From contig JAAOMT010000587.1 of NCBI GenBank assembly GCA_016748015.1, positions 1 through 9,026 of the forward strand: a stretch of 9,026 nt of DNA. Direction: 5' to 3'. The position numbers and the translations under genes are program-made. Positions 8,083 to 9,026 of this stretch are shown in pieces (the first letter of the stretch is position 1; the number at the start of each line of letters is the position of its first letter). Below the pieces are notes generated by a model. That model searched no databases. It worked only from the letters and a program-made list of their open reading frames with translations, and had not been told where the DNA came from. This DNA comes from Geosiphon pyriformis uo1 (lineage: Eukaryota; Fungi; Glomeromycota).

Positions 8083-8245
8083 AATTGTTATTATATATTT
8101 AAATATATATTTATCTATTTTATTATTAATTTTTTTCTATTAATAATTTTTTTGACTTAATAATAGTATGTATTTTATTATTATTAATTATAATAATTTG
8201 TTTAATAATTAAAATAGTATTTAAATAACTTTTGGTTTAATTTTT
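8079..8245 (-). mobile_element. Continuation of the older relative's ORF3 (right half of the insertion target)
   Basis: Matches 1487 to ~1660: atataattgttattata vs gtatagctgctgttata, and taataatagtatgtattttattattattaattat vs taataacagtatgtgttttactgttatcagttat. The right boundary is approximate. Confidence 0.85.
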
Positions 8246-9026
8246 ATTATTATTATTAATGAATACAACTTAATTATTATATAGTATACAGAAACAAACT
8301 AAATAAATCTAACTAGATATAACTTATATATTTGCTATATATGACCAGTTATTTAAGTCAATCAAAACAATATTACATTTTTATATAAACTTCTGTACTA
8401 TTATTTATGCTTGAAAAAAACAAACACATTTTATACAGACCAAAACTAACTACAAAAAACTTAACAATACCAAGCAAATAAACTATTCTAGTTAACAAAA
8501 AACCAAATTGATCATAAAAACCATTAGGTAAAATTTTTATTATTATTGTTATTTATAGAAAAAAAATACAAGAAAGAGATAAGAAAAACAAATCATAAAA
8601 ATAGACTAATAAGAAAATAGTACTTAACAAGTAAACATATTTTTAGAAATATTGTTACTAAAGTTTTTGGTCTTTTTTTTAAATGTTGTTAATGTCTGTT
8701 TATTATAAATTCACATTTTTGAAAACTGTTAAATCTCTGATAACTGAATTTATTTTTAAATTATCTTCTATAATTTAAAATACTGGATTTATAAGTAGAA
8801 TAGCTGATTTTATGCCAATTACTTTATAATAAAAATCAACTTTTTTTTAGAAATTACTTATCTGAAAGCTTACTAAAAATGTGTAATTACTTTGCTATAA
8901 AAATTAACTTTTTTACAAGAATTTTGTCTGTAAACTATTTTAATAATTATATAAAAAAAATAAAAAAAAATAATAGAAGTATAAAAAAAATAAAATTTTG
9001 TTAAAGAAATTGTTTTCTATTTAAAC

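Overview
The window holds one complete but heavily mutated Ty3/Gypsy LTR retrotransposon on the minus strand (365-8078). It has LTRs at 7416-8078 and 365-1114, a 4-bp TSD (ATAT), a tRNA-type PBS and a PPT. Reading through the in-frame stops by hand gives an unusual four-ORF layout. (1) gag carries a ~156-aa N-terminal extension with an HHCC-like motif. (2) A canonical T-TTA-AAC -1 slippery site leads into PR, then a Cys-rich insert, RT and RNaseH, which ends in a double stop. (3) Integrase sits in a separate ORF in a different frame. (4) An extra, non-env-looking sense ORF3 (~225 codons) runs through the PPT into the 3' LTR. The element is nested, in the same orientation, inside ORF3 of an older and almost fully AT-converted relative. 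That arrangement independently confirms the TSD and shows ORF3 is shared by at least two related copies. Decay is almost entirely C>T/G>A transitions with very few indels. The host is eukaryotic. From memory the sequence resembles Glomeromycotina-type fungal elements, but this is unverified.
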